A stretch of 64,000 nt of DNA from Eledone cirrhosa (GCA_964016885.1 OZ024763.1:10664001-10728000); one strand, 5' to 3'; counted from the first letter of the stretch, positions 12,153-25,900 are shown. Notes: generated by a model from the sequence alone, not told the origin. Translations and numbers: made by a program.

Positions 12153-13959
12153 TTTCAAAATACCTGAGTCAAATTGTACGGCTTATTGCTGCTACTACTA
12201 CTACAGTAATAGTAGTAGTAGTAGTGGTAGTGGTGATGATGATGATCGTGGTGGTGATGGTGGTGATGATGATGGTGGTGGTGGTGGTGGTGATGAATTT
12301 GACAGGTTTTTTTCTGTCTAGCTACCCTTCTTATCACCAACCACTTTAGTTTTCTCTGATGCAAAAATAATCATTAATCCTTGAGTCAAAGATCAGATCA
12401 TGAAATTAACATGCAAGTGACTGAGCATTCCACAGACAGTCGTACCCTTAATGTAGTTCTCAGGGAGATTCAGCATGACTCAGAATGTGACAAGGCTCTG
12501 CCCCTTCAAATTACAAGTGCAACTCATTTTTACCAGGTGAGTGAACTGGAGCACTGTGAAATTAAGTGTCTTGCTCAAGGACACAGTACACTGGGAATCA
12601 AACTTATTGTGAGCCAAATACCCTACTTACTAGGCCACACACCTTCACATTAGCATCAGGGCACTCCATCGGTTATGACGAGTGTTCCAGTTGATCTGAT
12701 CAACTGAACAACCCGCTCGGGAAATTAACATGCAAGTGGCTGAGCATTCCACAAACACGCATAACCTTAATGTAGTTCTCAGGGAGATTCAGTGTGACAC
12801 AGAATAGGACAAGACTGACTCTTTGAATTACAGGTACATCTCATTTTTACGAGCTGAGTAGACTGGAGCAACGGGAAATAAAGTGTCTTGCTCAAGGAAA
12901 CAGTGCATTGCTGGAAATCAAACTTACAAACTTATCATGAGTCAAATAACCTACTCACTACGCCACACACCTTCACATTAGCATAGTACCTGACAAAAAT
13001 GATGTGGTTTATAGTAAAAAAAATTTACAATATTTAAGATACTTAAACCCTAGGGTTTTCTTGTTACTTTGGCCATCTTTCATTTTACATTCATTTAACT
13101 CGGAGGTTCTCAAACTTTTTGAGACCCCCTCACGACCACATAAAACCCTCAGCGACGCCCACCCCTATTTTCAGAGAGACCTGCCAACACACAAATTGTA
13201 AATAATATATGATAAATAAAATCGTTAATTTATATATGATACATATTTTACATACATATACATACATAGATTGCTTTCATGATCTGTTTAGATATATGTC
13301 TGGTCTGATCTGTTTAGATATATGTCTGGTCTGATCTGTTTAGATATGTCTGGTCTGATCTGTTTAGATATGTCTGGTTAATGTTGTGTGTGAGAGAGGG
13401 AAGGATGGAAGATTTTAAAGCACACATGAACATTACCACTTCCTAATCTATAACAAAAAGTTATTATATGACCATGAGTTTTATTATTATGATATATATA
13501 TATATATATGTTTGTGTGTGTGTGTGTATCTATGTGTATATATGTGTGTGTATATATATATATATATGTTTGTGTATATATATATATGTTTGTGTGCGTG
13601 TGTGTATCTATGTGTATATATGTGTGTGTATATATATATATATATGTTTGTGTATATATATATATGTTTGTGTGTGTATATATATATACATACTGTAGTA
13701 AAAGTTTGGTAGAAATATGTAAGGGTAAGAGCACTCAGTCCTTAGGACTGAATTTGGTTTCCTTTCGAGATTATTCAAGAGTTCAAACAAAGGCAGATAA
13801 TTTAGAAAATAGTTGTAAATAGCTATGCGCAAAAATTATAGGTAAGAACAAGGGAGGTAATTCTTGCAAAACTAATATCAAGAGCAAGGAAAACATTTTT
13901 CTAAGCTAACTCAAAGAATCAAAATTCCTTAACATCAGGATTAGTTAGTCAGGCCTAAA

Positions 13960-14510
13960 TAATTTACTCAGAATGTACTTCATTTCATGTGGACAGCAGC
14001 TAAAGCAGTCAAGTTGTGTATTTAGGCAGTGCTTATCTGAAGCCAGTTGAGAGAATATATTACATTTTTCTGAGTTACAAAGGTAGCAAAATTTTGTCCC
14101 ATTAACATAGGCGGTATATTTTTCTAATATACTCCATTTGTTGGAAAAAGGTGTGCCATTATTCTTAAGACTCTAGACATAGTTTGTGAGCAGGGTGGCT
14201 AGTTTTTGTTAGGATGTCTGAAGGCAATTTCATGGTTCAGGTACCAGTTTTTGAACTGGCTCTCAGACATACCAGCATAGGTCCAGGCTTCTGTTTGATG
14301 GTTCTCGTTGGTGGAGGTAACTTCTGCTTGATGTATCACCGTTGGAATGTTACACCATTGGTCTAGTGGGCGTGTTTCAAGTCTTCTACATGAGCATCCA
14401 CACGGTGGAGGGCTTTTGTGTTTGCCGGGGATGTAGGTTTTAATGTTAGTGATACATGAGTATTTTCACTGTATGGCGATTGAGACTACAATATATTTTT
14501 CAAACAGGCC
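13960..14510 (-). pseudogene. Penelope-like element GIY-YIG endonuclease relic
   Basis: Decayed NRHTVK.YSC.TNIK...C.CR...PLD..C...VIHQAEV...YAGMSESQFK..YLNH...KWSILEKY..Y......C.LC.SEK......CLN......CC.H..KY.L, typical of PLE endonuclease C-termini. Confidence 0.8.
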
Positions 14511-15231
14511 CCTCTACCTAAGGCCCTTGTTAACCCGTACAAAGGACAATGCTGTATGGTTCTTTTTTGTTCCTCTCACCATATTGCAGTTGCAGTGTCA
14601 CCACCAATCTGGAACTTTGTCAAACCCACGAAGACTAGACTTTCTTAGAGGCAGCCATTACTCCCCTCATCATAACTATGTCATTGGGTTGTGAGAGATT
14701 TCTTGGGAGCTACAGGTGTCACCCATTGTTCCATCTCCCCTCGTAGTTTACCGCTGTTGGTCCGGGGTTGCTTATTAGTCTGGCAAGTGCCCGCTTATAT
14801 CACAGAGCTGTTCTGCTAGAGAACAGGTTGCAGATGGTAGATAGCAATACCACCACCAGATATGGTGGCTAGCTGCGATATATATATATATATATCATTT
14901 CATTTCAATTAACGTCCGCTTTTCCCTGCTTGCAAGGGTGGGATGGGAACTGATTCTGGCTTGATTTCTACAGCTGGATGCCCTTCCTAACACCAACCTC
15001 ATTTACAGTGAGTGCTGGGTGCTTTTTTGGCGTGGCACCTCCACGACCACTTTACAGTGGAATGATATGGACCCCAGTCCCTATCATCTCATTTCTACAG
15101 CTGAGTAAACTGGAGCAATGTGAAATAAAGTGTCTTGCTCAAGGAAACAACACATCACCCGGTCTTAGAATTGAACTCACAACCTTTCGATTGCAAGGCC
15201 AATGCTCTAACCACTAAGCCATGTGCCTCCA

Positions 15232-15273
<42 letters not shown>

Positions 15274-15617
15274 TTTGGCAGTGTAGTAGTGAAGCCAGAG
15301 TTATGTGGGTCACTATAGACCAGCTGTAGTTACCACTTGACTAACTATTAAGAGTTAAGAGAGGGGAGAGGGGGAGTGGGTGAGGGGAGGGTAAGAGAGA
15401 GGCAATAGGTGAAGGGGTGGGGTGGGGTGAGAGAGAGGAGTGAGAGAATAAAAGGCTTAGTAAATGTAAGAGAATGATAGAGTAAGAGGAGGAGGAGGAG
15501 GGGGTGAAAGAATGTAGTGACAATGAGAGAGGGAGAGAGTTGATATCTTTCGAGTGTTTTTGAACTGTGATTAAATTCCACTGCCACCTGTCAGGGTTTC
15601 AATTTCACTTGTAGACA

Positions 15618-16050
15618 TTACTGGTCACTACTGGTCACTACTGGTCACTACTGGTCACTACTGGTCACTACTGGTCACTACTGGTCACTACTGGTCACAT
15701 CAACTGAGTGGTCACTACTGGTCACATCAACTGAGTGGTCACTACTGGTCACATCAACTGAGTGGTCACTACTGGTCACATCAACTGAGTGGTCACTACT
15801 GGTTACATCAACTGAGTGGTCACTACTGGTCACATCAACTGAGTGGTCACTACTGGTCACATCAACTGAGTGGTCACTACTGGTCACATCAACTGAGTGG
15901 TCACATCAACTGAGTGGTCACTACTGGTTACATCAACTGAGTGGTCACTACTGGTCACATTAACTGAGTGGTCACTATTGGTCACATTAACTGAGTGGTC
16001 ACTATTGGTCACATTAACTGAGTGGTCACTATTGGTCACATCAATTGAGT
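15618..16050. repeat. 10-bp repeat (CTACTGGTCA) x~8 grading into a 27-bp unit x~13
   Basis: Directly visible; the 27-mer contains the 10-mer. Confidence 0.92.
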
Positions 16051-16264
16051 TGACCCAACAATTGATGAAAAGTTCAAAGGCTGACCAAGATACTCTCATG
16101 GAATGACCAAATGAGGTTTATTTTTCATCTTATTCCCAGGAAAGAAACAATGCAGTTATTAATAAGAAGAGTTGAAATTAATGCATGCCAGATTTCACAG
16201 CTCTAGCATCACTCCTTCAGAGTCAGCCTATGAACATTTCAACCAACCCTTGGATACATACATC

Positions 16265-17420
16265 TCATCATCACAATCATCATTGTATGTCTGCTTTTCC
16301 ACACTTGCAGAGGTTGGATGGTCTTTGCTAGGACAGCATCTCTCCATTTGTTGTGGTCCTTCATCTCTGTGAGCTTCAGTGATTTGACGTCAGACCTCAC
16401 CCCTTCTGCAGCTTCTGGGATTTCTTGGCACCTCTTCACCCAGCAATCATCATCCATACACATCACATGTCTATACCAGTGCAGTCTTCCCTCTTGCACA
16501 CTACATGATTCCTCTCATACCCAGCTTTGTTGTTCACTCACATTAACATTGCACATCTATCGAAGCATGCTCACTTTGTTTATCTTCAGCCTTCACATAT
16601 CCTCTGTAGTCACTTCTCCTGTCACACTACCATGCAGCATCGCACTTCACACACAGCCATCCTTTTGTACGTAGGGAGAAACCTTTTGCTGTCAACAGAG
16701 GTAGCAGCTCTAAAAATGTCTTCCATTCTGTTTTTATTCTCGCTACTATGCTTTTGGAACACCCTTTTCCACTGCTAATTATATCACCTAGGTTGTAGAA
16801 GCTATCAACCACTTCTATGGATCCTTCCTGGAATTAGAAGAAATATATTTCTCTGATGTTCTTATCACCAACTACCTTTCCTGTTAGTCTGCCTTCTATC
16901 CCATTACACCTTTCGTGTGTTCAAGATGTACATTAAAAAGAATTTCTACCTTATCCTTTTCTACATATCATAGGAGTAGCTCTCTAAACTTCTTCTATCC
17001 TGTCCTTATTCTAGCTACTATGCTCTCAGAGTAACTTCTTCCACTGCTATATCACCAAGGTAGTAGAATCTATCAACCACTTCTACAGACCCTGCCTGGG
17101 ATTGAAAAGGATTTATTTCTTTAACGTTCTTACTACTAATTATCTGTGTAAATCTACTTTTATCTGTTAGTCTGCCTACAATCCCACTACACCTCTTGTG
17201 TACCCAAGATTTACATGGTGTACATCATAGAGAGTGTACTACTTTTCTATATATTGAACAAGGCCATGTTCCTGATGGGTTCAGGGTTCTGTTTTCTTTC
17301 CTACTTATTAAAACTTCAGTTTTTTTCCAAAGTTTAATCTGGGCCCACTTGATTCTAAATTCTGTTTCCACAGCCGGAACTTCTCCAGTTCTTTTAAACA
17401 CTCTAACATATGATTGAAAT
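16265..17420 (-). mobile_element. Decayed RTE LINE RT fragments
   Basis: VDSFYNLGDIISSG.GCS.SIVARI and RLHWYRHVMCMDDDCWVKRC remnants. Confidence 0.8.
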
Positions 17421-17653
17421 TCCTGTTGAAGATAATATATAATTGAGTAGAGGTCATCTGATAATGTGGTCAGTTAATATAGTCATAAGCAAGGACATAG
17501 ACAATTGACAGGAACACTATAACAAGAGTCAAATGACAACATGATAGGCATTAATTTAAGCAACAGACATTCCATACCGTGTGGGAGAATTTCATGAAAT
17601 GGCCATATATGGAAGTACTGTTTAGAGAGTGTGGTGTCATATAATATAGAATG

Positions 17654-17686
<33 letters not shown>

Positions 17687-18069
17687 AATATAAATTAGCG
17701 AGAATCGTATTTCGACTATTGGAAATTAGTGAAAAACAACTTCCGAGATGTGTGGCCAGCGCTCAATAGAAGCTAGTGAACTAGAGCTACAACATAAGTT
17801 AAAAGGCCAAACACACTGAAACGATGGTTAATCCATTATCCGCACAGCCATAGAAACGATCAAGTAATTTGGGTCAAACAAATAAAATATGATTGAAAAT
17901 TATACCCAGACACCTGGAAGGTTGGTAAAATCCAGCATTTGGGTTTCTGCAACTCCTAAATCAGGTACTGTCTGCTTAGACAAATAATGTTAAGCTTTTG
18001 GTAAGATGATTGAACAAGGAAGTCACTTTCTCTATATGTATACATACTTACACACACACATATATATAT

Positions 18070-18755
18070 ATAGCTAAGACAAAAGTGTTGATAAGTAGAA
18101 GAGAGGACAAAACTCTGATTCAGGTAGGTTCTATAGAAGTGGTTGATAGCTTCCGGTACCTAGGTGATCAGATAAGCATGGGAAGGGTGTTCCGAGGCCA
18201 TAGAATTTAGAATAAGGATGGGTTGGAAGAAGTTTAGGGAGCTGCTTGACAAAGAAGGGTTTCTCCTTGCGTACGAAAGGACGGTTATATGATGCCTGTG
18301 TGAGATGCGCGATGCTGCATGGTATTGAGACATGGGCAGCAACTGCAGAGGATATGCAACGGCTGGAGAGAAATGAGGCAAGCATGCTCCGTTGGATGTG
18401 CAATGTCAATGTGTGTGAATGACCAAGCATAGACAAGTTGAGAGAGAAACCGGGTATAAGAGGGATAAGTTGTAGTGTGCAGGAGAGAAGACTGAGATGG
18501 TATGGACATGTGATACACATGGAGGATGACCACTGGGTAAAGAAGTGCCAAGAAATCCAAGTAGAAGGATGACGCAGTAGAGGAAGACCATGAAAAAATT
18601 AGGCGGAGGTGGTGACAGCTGACCTCAGATCGCTGAAGCTCACGGAGGAGATGACGAAGGACCGTGACAAGTGGAGAGATGCTGTGCTGAATAGGACCCA
18701 TCCCACCCTTGCAAGCAGGGAAAAGTGGACGTAAAATGATGATGATGATGATGAT
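18070..18755 (+). mobile_element. RTE LINE family A 3' end; other copies at 26255-26665(-) and 60470-60800(+)
   Basis: EVVDSFRYLGD...RLERNEASMLRWMC...RLRWYGHV; tail cccacccttgcaagcagggaaaag...(TGA)n. Confidence 0.88.
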
Positions 18756-18771
18756 ATATATATATCATCAC

Positions 18772-18827
<56 letters not shown>

Positions 18828-18869
18828 ACCTATTGAGTACACTGAGATACAACCGGTACAACTTCTTAT

Positions 18870-21110
18870 TATCATCATCATCATCATCATCGTTTAACAT
18901 CCACTTTCCGCGCTAGCATGGGTTAGATGGTTTTGTTCCATTTGATGCGGGAATGGTCGGCAGACTGTCTCTCGCTCGTACGGAAGTTTTTTACGGCTGG
19001 ATGCCCTTCCAAGCACCTTTACAGTGTGGACTGGGAGCCTTTTTTCTGTCTCCTACACGACCACCTTACAGTGTGGACAGGGTTCTTTTTTGCTGTCTTC
19101 TACACGACCACCTTACAGTGTGGACAGGGTTCTTTTTTGCTGTCTTCTACACGACCACCTTACAGTGTGGACTGGGAGCCTTTTTTCTGTCTCCTACACG
19201 ACCACCTTACAGTGTGGACTGGGAGCCTTTTTACTGACTCCTACACGACCACCTTACAGTGTGGACTGGGTGCTTTTTTGCTGTCTCCGACATGACCACC
19301 TTACAGTGTGGACTGGGTGTATTTTGTTGTCATCGACACAGTGAACAGAAATGGGAGGATGGGGTAGGGTGTGTGGGGTGAGGTGTACATTGGGTTAAGA
19401 GGTGCCTACTGACTGTAGGTTTGTATGCAAGGGCAGGCGAGTTTTCTGTACAACTGTATGGCACCAAAGATCTCGATCCAGTGACATTGTCTTAGAAAGG
19501 AGTAAGTGAGCAAGGTCAGTTTTTATCACCTCATCCCAGGTTTTTCTTGGTCTACCCACTCCGTAACTTCCATCAATTTTTATTGCCCTGCACTTTTTTA
19601 TACAGCTGTCATCCTTCATATGCATCACATGTCCATACCAACACAATCTCCTCTCCAGAACACATTTGATACCTCTTATGCTTAGTCTCTCTCTCAATTC
19701 GTTTATGCTTCGCCGTTCACGCACATTACTATTACACATCCATCGGAGCATGCAAGCTTCATTTCTTTCTAATCTACACAAGTCTTCAGCACACAACGCC
19801 CAGGTCTCACTACCATGTAATATCGCCGTTCATATACAAGCATCATACAATTTGCCTTTCACTTTTAGAAGAAAAAAACCCTTGTGGCCAACAGCAGTAT
19901 TAGCTCTCTGAACTTTTTCCATCTTGTTCTAACTCTGGCTACTGTACTTTCAGAACACCCTCCTCCACTGCTGATTTTGTCACCCAGGTCACAGAAAGTG
20001 TCCACTATTTCTATAGAACTATCTAGGCAGTTGAAGGAGCTAGTGCCCAGTGGGTCCTTGCTACTTAATGCACCTGAGGATCGGCCACATATAAAATCTA
20101 CATTCTTAGATAGTTTACCTGTGATCCCACTACATCTTTTATGTACCCATAGTTTGCATTTGGGGCATAGAATGAAATTTCTACCTACTCCTTTCTTACA
20201 CACTGAACATGGTAATTTCCCAGAGGGCACTTGTGCCCTAGTCTTCTTTCTACATACTAGAACTTTAGTCTTAGACAAGTTGACTCTAAGGCCTTTTGAT
20301 TCTAGGCCATGCTTCCATGTTTGGAACTTCTTCTCTAGTTCAGCTATGAGAGTTAGATCATCTACATATAGAAGTTCCCATGGGCAGCCAGTCTTAAACT
20401 CTTCTGTTATAGCCTGTAGGACAATAATAAACAGGAGGGGGCTAAAGACGGAACCCTGATGAACCCCTACTAATGCGCTAAATTCTTCACTATATTCATT
20501 GTTAATTCTAACCTTGCTGACTGTTCCTCTATACATGGCTTGTATAGCTCTCACAAGCCATTCATCTACTACTAAGAGCCCACCAGATTAAGGTGTGTGA
20601 GACTCTGTTAAAGGCCTTCTCCAACAAAAGCTAAGTAGTGGGGTTTACTTTTAGCTAGATACTTCTGTAATTGCCATACAAGTAAAAGAGCATCCATGGT
20701 GCTTTTACCTGGCACAAACCCAAACTGCATTTCACATAGATCAATTTGGTCCCTAATCAGTTGTGTAATAACTCTTTCTGTGACTTTCATGACCTGGTCA
20801 ACTAACTTAATGCTCCTATAGTTTCCTCTATCCAGGGCGTCTCCTTTGCCCTTGAAACAGTTGATGATGCTGCTGCTACCCCAGTCATTTGGTATGACCC
20901 CATTCTGTATTACTTGCTTTACTATCCAGGTGACCATAGTATGTCCCACCATTCCAGATACCTTCAACATTTCTGCAACTATCCCCAAAGGCCCAGCTAC
21001 CTTGCCTGTCTTCATATCTCTGATTGCCTTACTTACTACACTACCATTAACTTGCTACACTACCTCTGTTGGATCAATGTTAGGAGACTATCTTTATTCC
21101 ATTCATTCCC
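18870..21110 (-). mobile_element. RTE LINE family B, ~2.2-kb fragment (RT plus 3'UTR with ~50-bp repeats); other copies at ~32125-32950(-), 53205-53815(-), 55240-55800(+), 57535-57850(+)
   Basis: ORFs 20608..21015, 19865..20554 (GVHQGSVFSPLLF, LYVDD) and 19395..19796, separated by frameshifts. Confidence 0.92.
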
Positions 21111-21175
21111 CTCATTCAGTAGTCTCTCGTAGTGACACTTCCAAGCTACTCTTTATCAGAATCAGTGAGGGCAAG

Positions 21176-21206
<31 letters not shown>

Positions 21207-22419
21207 GAAGTTCTATTTAAATTGTTGGGATACAACAAGCAAATATTTTTATAACTGATATAAAGCACTCAACAAATATTTAGAGTAAAAATACGATATT
21301 TTATAAATAAATATTGACATACCCTTATTGACATACCTTTATAAATAAATATTGACATACCCTTAAAGAATGCAACCATTACTGTTGGAAGCTCCCGGGA
21401 GCTTCCAACAGTAATGGTTGCATTTTTTAAGGGTATGTCAATATTTATTTATAAAACTGATCTATATTATATTTTGTCTGATGAAAGCACACCATAATTT
21501 AACTTGGTGTCCTTGAAATATGTATAATGAAATAAATATGGTTTTATAAATATAGTTTCCATTTGTTAATACCGTATATATATATTATATATATATATAT
21601 ACACACACACATATATATATGCATTTGGTAAAAGTACATAAAACTAGTAAATGGTATAACTCTCCCTAAGCCTTTTGTTGAACTATAATAATTGTTTCTA
21701 CTTTTGACACAAGGCCAGCAAATACCCCAGTGCATTACTGGTACTTTATTTTATCGACCCCGTAAGGATGAAAGGCAAAGTTAACCTCGGCAGGATTTGA
21801 ACTCAGACTGTAGAGATAACTATGCTTGGCAGCATGGCGTCCAACCCTCTACCAATACTGCCAATTCACCGCCCTTCTTTCAACAATAACAGTAACAACA
21901 ACAACAACAACAACAATAGTAACAACAATAACAATAGTAACAACAATAACAACAATAGCAATAATTATAATGTTTACTTGAAAATCTTAATTTTTCATTC
22001 CTGATTACTGTTGATATAGCCTGACCTTCCACCCCCTATCTACCCCCAAATTGATTGGTTGGTGATGTACAATTATGTGTGTGTGTGTGACATGTACCTG
22101 GTGACACATTATTGTCCTCCCCCACCACACACACTTAACTTTCCTTTGGTAGCTTTCCAACAACAAGAATAACTGTGGATTAATAACTTAGTATACTTTC
22201 TAATGTTCTGATGATGATGATAGGTGAGAAGGTGAAGGTCAAGTATCAAGGTTAAGCAGTCCTATTGGTTATAGTGGTGAGAAGATAGGGGAAGAAGGAA
22301 GAGGAGAGGTTGAAAGATCTTGCTGGAGGTCTTTACTGAACCTCCTTGCCACAGTAACAGGTGTTTTAACCATAACAACATGGTCACAAGCATAGCTTCT
22401 AGTCACACCACAAATATTA

Positions 22420-22773
22420 GCTAGTCAACCAGTCTACTAGTCACCCAACTAGCCAACCAGTCTACTAGTCAACCAACTAGACAACCAGTCTACTTGTCAC
22501 CCAACTAGCCAACCAGTTTACAAGTCAACCAACTAGCCAACCAGTCTACTAGTCAACCAACTAGACAACCAGTCTACTAGTCACCCAACTAGCCAACCAG
22601 TTTACAAGTCAACCAATCAGTCTACCAACCAACAACACTACACCCCACCAGTGTGCTGGGATGTAGTATAGTGTGGTGTGGTGTGGTGTAGTGTGGTGTG
22701 GTGTAATGTAGTGTGGTGGTGTGTGGTGTGGTGTGGTGCAGTGTGGAGTAGTGTACTGTAATGTGGTGTGGTG
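22420..22773. repeat. ~28-bp repeats and (GTGTG/GTAGT)n immediately 3' of the MRPL44 stop codon (probable 3'UTR)
   Basis: Directly visible; UTR extent not determinable from sequence. Confidence 0.75.
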
Positions 22774-22775
22774 TT

Positions 22776-22972
22776 TTAAGCTATAGCCTGCCTGTGGTCA
22801 GTTGTATGGTCTAACCTGTGAACACTGGGGTTGACTGTGTCATAGTCCAGTTGTAAGTGTTCTGCTGCTGGTCCAAGTAAGAGAGGTCTTTGGTGTAGTG
22901 ATGTCTTCAATAATTGTCTCAAACATTCTCTGGAAGCCATCTCCTCAGCAATTGTCACTGTCTCTCCAGGGG
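22776..22972 (-). CDS. MRPL44: MRPL44 last coding exon (APGETVTIAEEMASRECLRQLL...QAIA*)
   Basis: ttttattgtacAG acceptor; TAA stop at 22776-22778; dsRBD C-terminal helix motif. Confidence 0.94.
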
Positions 22973-25900
22973 CTGTACAATAAAACAAAAAAAACATCAC
23001 AACATAAGTCATTAGTCCATCATCACCACCACCACCAACACCATCATCAGTATTTTTTCTATGCTAGCATGGGTTAGACTAAATCTATATCTTAATAACT
23101 GTACATCTAGTTTTGTCCCCTGTCATATAAACACTACACTCTGTCATGGAACACAAATGTAGGACAAGAATAAAAAAAGAGGGGGACGAGGTGTTAAAAT
23201 GTTTTTAATCACACCAGAAATCAGTGTTGCTTTCAATCGCTCTCTCTCTCTATATATATATCATCATCAACGTTTTACGTCCATTCTTCCACGCTAGCAT
23301 GGGTTAGACAGGTTGTCCTGCTGTGGGCAATGCCAGATCAGGTGACCATGCCTTGCTCATACGGAAACTGATTCTGGCTTGATTTCTACAGCTGGATGCC
23401 CTTCCTAACACCAACCTCATTTACAGTGAGTGCTGGGTGCTTTTTTGCCGTGGCACCTCCACGACCACTTTACAGTGGAATGATAGGGGCCCCAGTCCTA
23501 TCATCTCATTTCTACAGCTGAGTGGAACTAGAGCAATGTGAAATAAAGTGTCTTGCTCAAGGAAACAACACATCACCCAGTCCAAGAATTGAACTCACAA
23601 CCTTTCGATTGCAAGCCCAATGCTTATGTGTGTGCGTGTGTGTTCTCTCCTTATCCGAACTTTCCTGAAGAAGGACTACTGTCCAAAACAACGAAACCTC
23701 CACCAAGTGTGAACCTAATATAACTGTGTAAAAATTGGTTCCTGTGTTTTGTTTGTTTCATTTATTAACATGGAGGTGCCACGGAAAAAAAGCACCCAGC
23801 CCTCACTGTAAAGTGGTCGTGGAGGTACCACGGCAAAAAAGCACCCAGCCCTCACTGTAAAGTGGTCGTGGAGGTGCCACGGAAAAAAAGCACCCAGCCC
23901 TCACTGTAAAGTGGCCGTGGAGGTGCCACGACAAAAAAGCACCCAGCCCTCACTGTAAAGTGGTCGTGGAGGTACCACGGCAAAAAAGCACCCAGCACTC
24001 ACTGTAAAGTGGTCGTGGAGGTACCACGGCAAAAAAGCACCCAGCACTCACTGTAAAGTGGTCGTGGAGGTGCCACGACAAAAAAGCACCCAGCACTCAC
24101 TGTAAATGAGGTTGGTGTTAGGAAGGGCATCCAGCTGTAGAAATCAAGCCAGAATCAGTTCCTGTATGAGCAAGAGAAGGTCAGCCAACTGGACGCTGCC
24201 CACAACAGGACAAACCGTCTAACCCATGCTAGCATGGAAGAACGGACGTAAAACGGTGATGATGATGATTGTTCATCACACAGTTAACCAACCTTTGTAA
24301 ACATCACCTCCTCACCACCACCACCACCACCACAGACACCTCCTCACCACCACCACCTCACCAACACCAGACACCTCCTCACCATCACCACTGCCTCCTC
24401 ACCATCACCACCACAGACACTTCCTCACCACCACCACAGACACCTCCTCACCACCACTGCCTTCTCACCACCACCACCACCGCCTCCTCACAACCACTGC
24501 CACCTCCTCCTCACCACCACCACCTACAACTATAGCCACTCCAGATGGGCAATGTTTCAATAATCTGCTCCCTACTCTCCCTCACACCACCACCACCACC
24601 ATCACACTACATCACCACCACCACCACCACACACTACATCACCACCACCACCACCACCACCACACACTACATCACCACCACCACCACCACCACACACTAC
24701 CCACTTTCAACATTGATAACAAAACAGTCATTTGTGTTAAATGATGATCATGATGATGATGATAGAAGCATATGGCCATTATTTAGAAGTGCTTCATGTA
24801 TGTATGTATGTATGTATATATATATATATGTGTGTATGTGTGTGTGTATATATCAAAAGTATATATTGAGTTAAAAACTGACAATAGTAACCTAAAATTA
24901 AAATAGCTCAAGGAAAAAAAGTTTCCGAGCCTTATAATACAGTAAATATATATGTATGTGTGTCTGTGTGTATGTATGTATGTATATATACATATATATG
25001 CTGTGAGCTTGCCCCTGTCTATATATATCACACACATATCTAGACAGGAGCAAGCTCACAGTATATATATATATATATATACAAAATTTTAAGAAAGCCA
25101 AGGATAGGAAATTATTATTTACTAGAATTCTTTTCAACACACTGATGCATATATGTATATATGTGCATGTGTGTGTGTGTGTATGTGTGCATATACATAC
25201 ATTTATATGTATGAGTATATAAATATAAACACTCAAACACAGACACACAAAAATACACACTCACATACATACATTCACACAAACACAAATACATTCACAG
25301 AAACTCACACATTCACACATACACAAACACACCAAAGACATACATTAACACACTGCGTAGCAAATGGAACACCAGCCGCTGTTTTGCACATTGTATGACG
25401 GACGGAAGTTGCTCAAATTTATATATAGATTCATACATCTCTACGGACGTTTCAATGTGGCTATAATATCACATCCATTTGCAGAGCAACTGTAGATTAC
25501 CTGCAATTAACTCCATTATGGTGGCTTTATTTCAACTGCATCTCTTCAGGAAATATATAGAACAATATAACAATAATTAATACGGCGAAAGTAGTAACGC
25601 TTCCACTACAAATTTAATTTTAGAACCTGATTAGGAAAAATAATTGGTAATTATACACATATACTATATATATATATATATATATATACACAGATAAATC
25701 TACCAATCAATGGTAGGGTCTAAGCTGTGTGAAGAACTCAATGTAATCCGTATGTAGATGCCGTGAAGCAAAGTTTAAACTACAAAATTTTCAACGATAT
25801 AATTCATTGGATACAGAATAAAAAATAGAAATATTAAAACAATGAAATTAAACAAAAAGCGGTTAATCCATAGTAAAACTCATTATTTTACGATCGTTTC

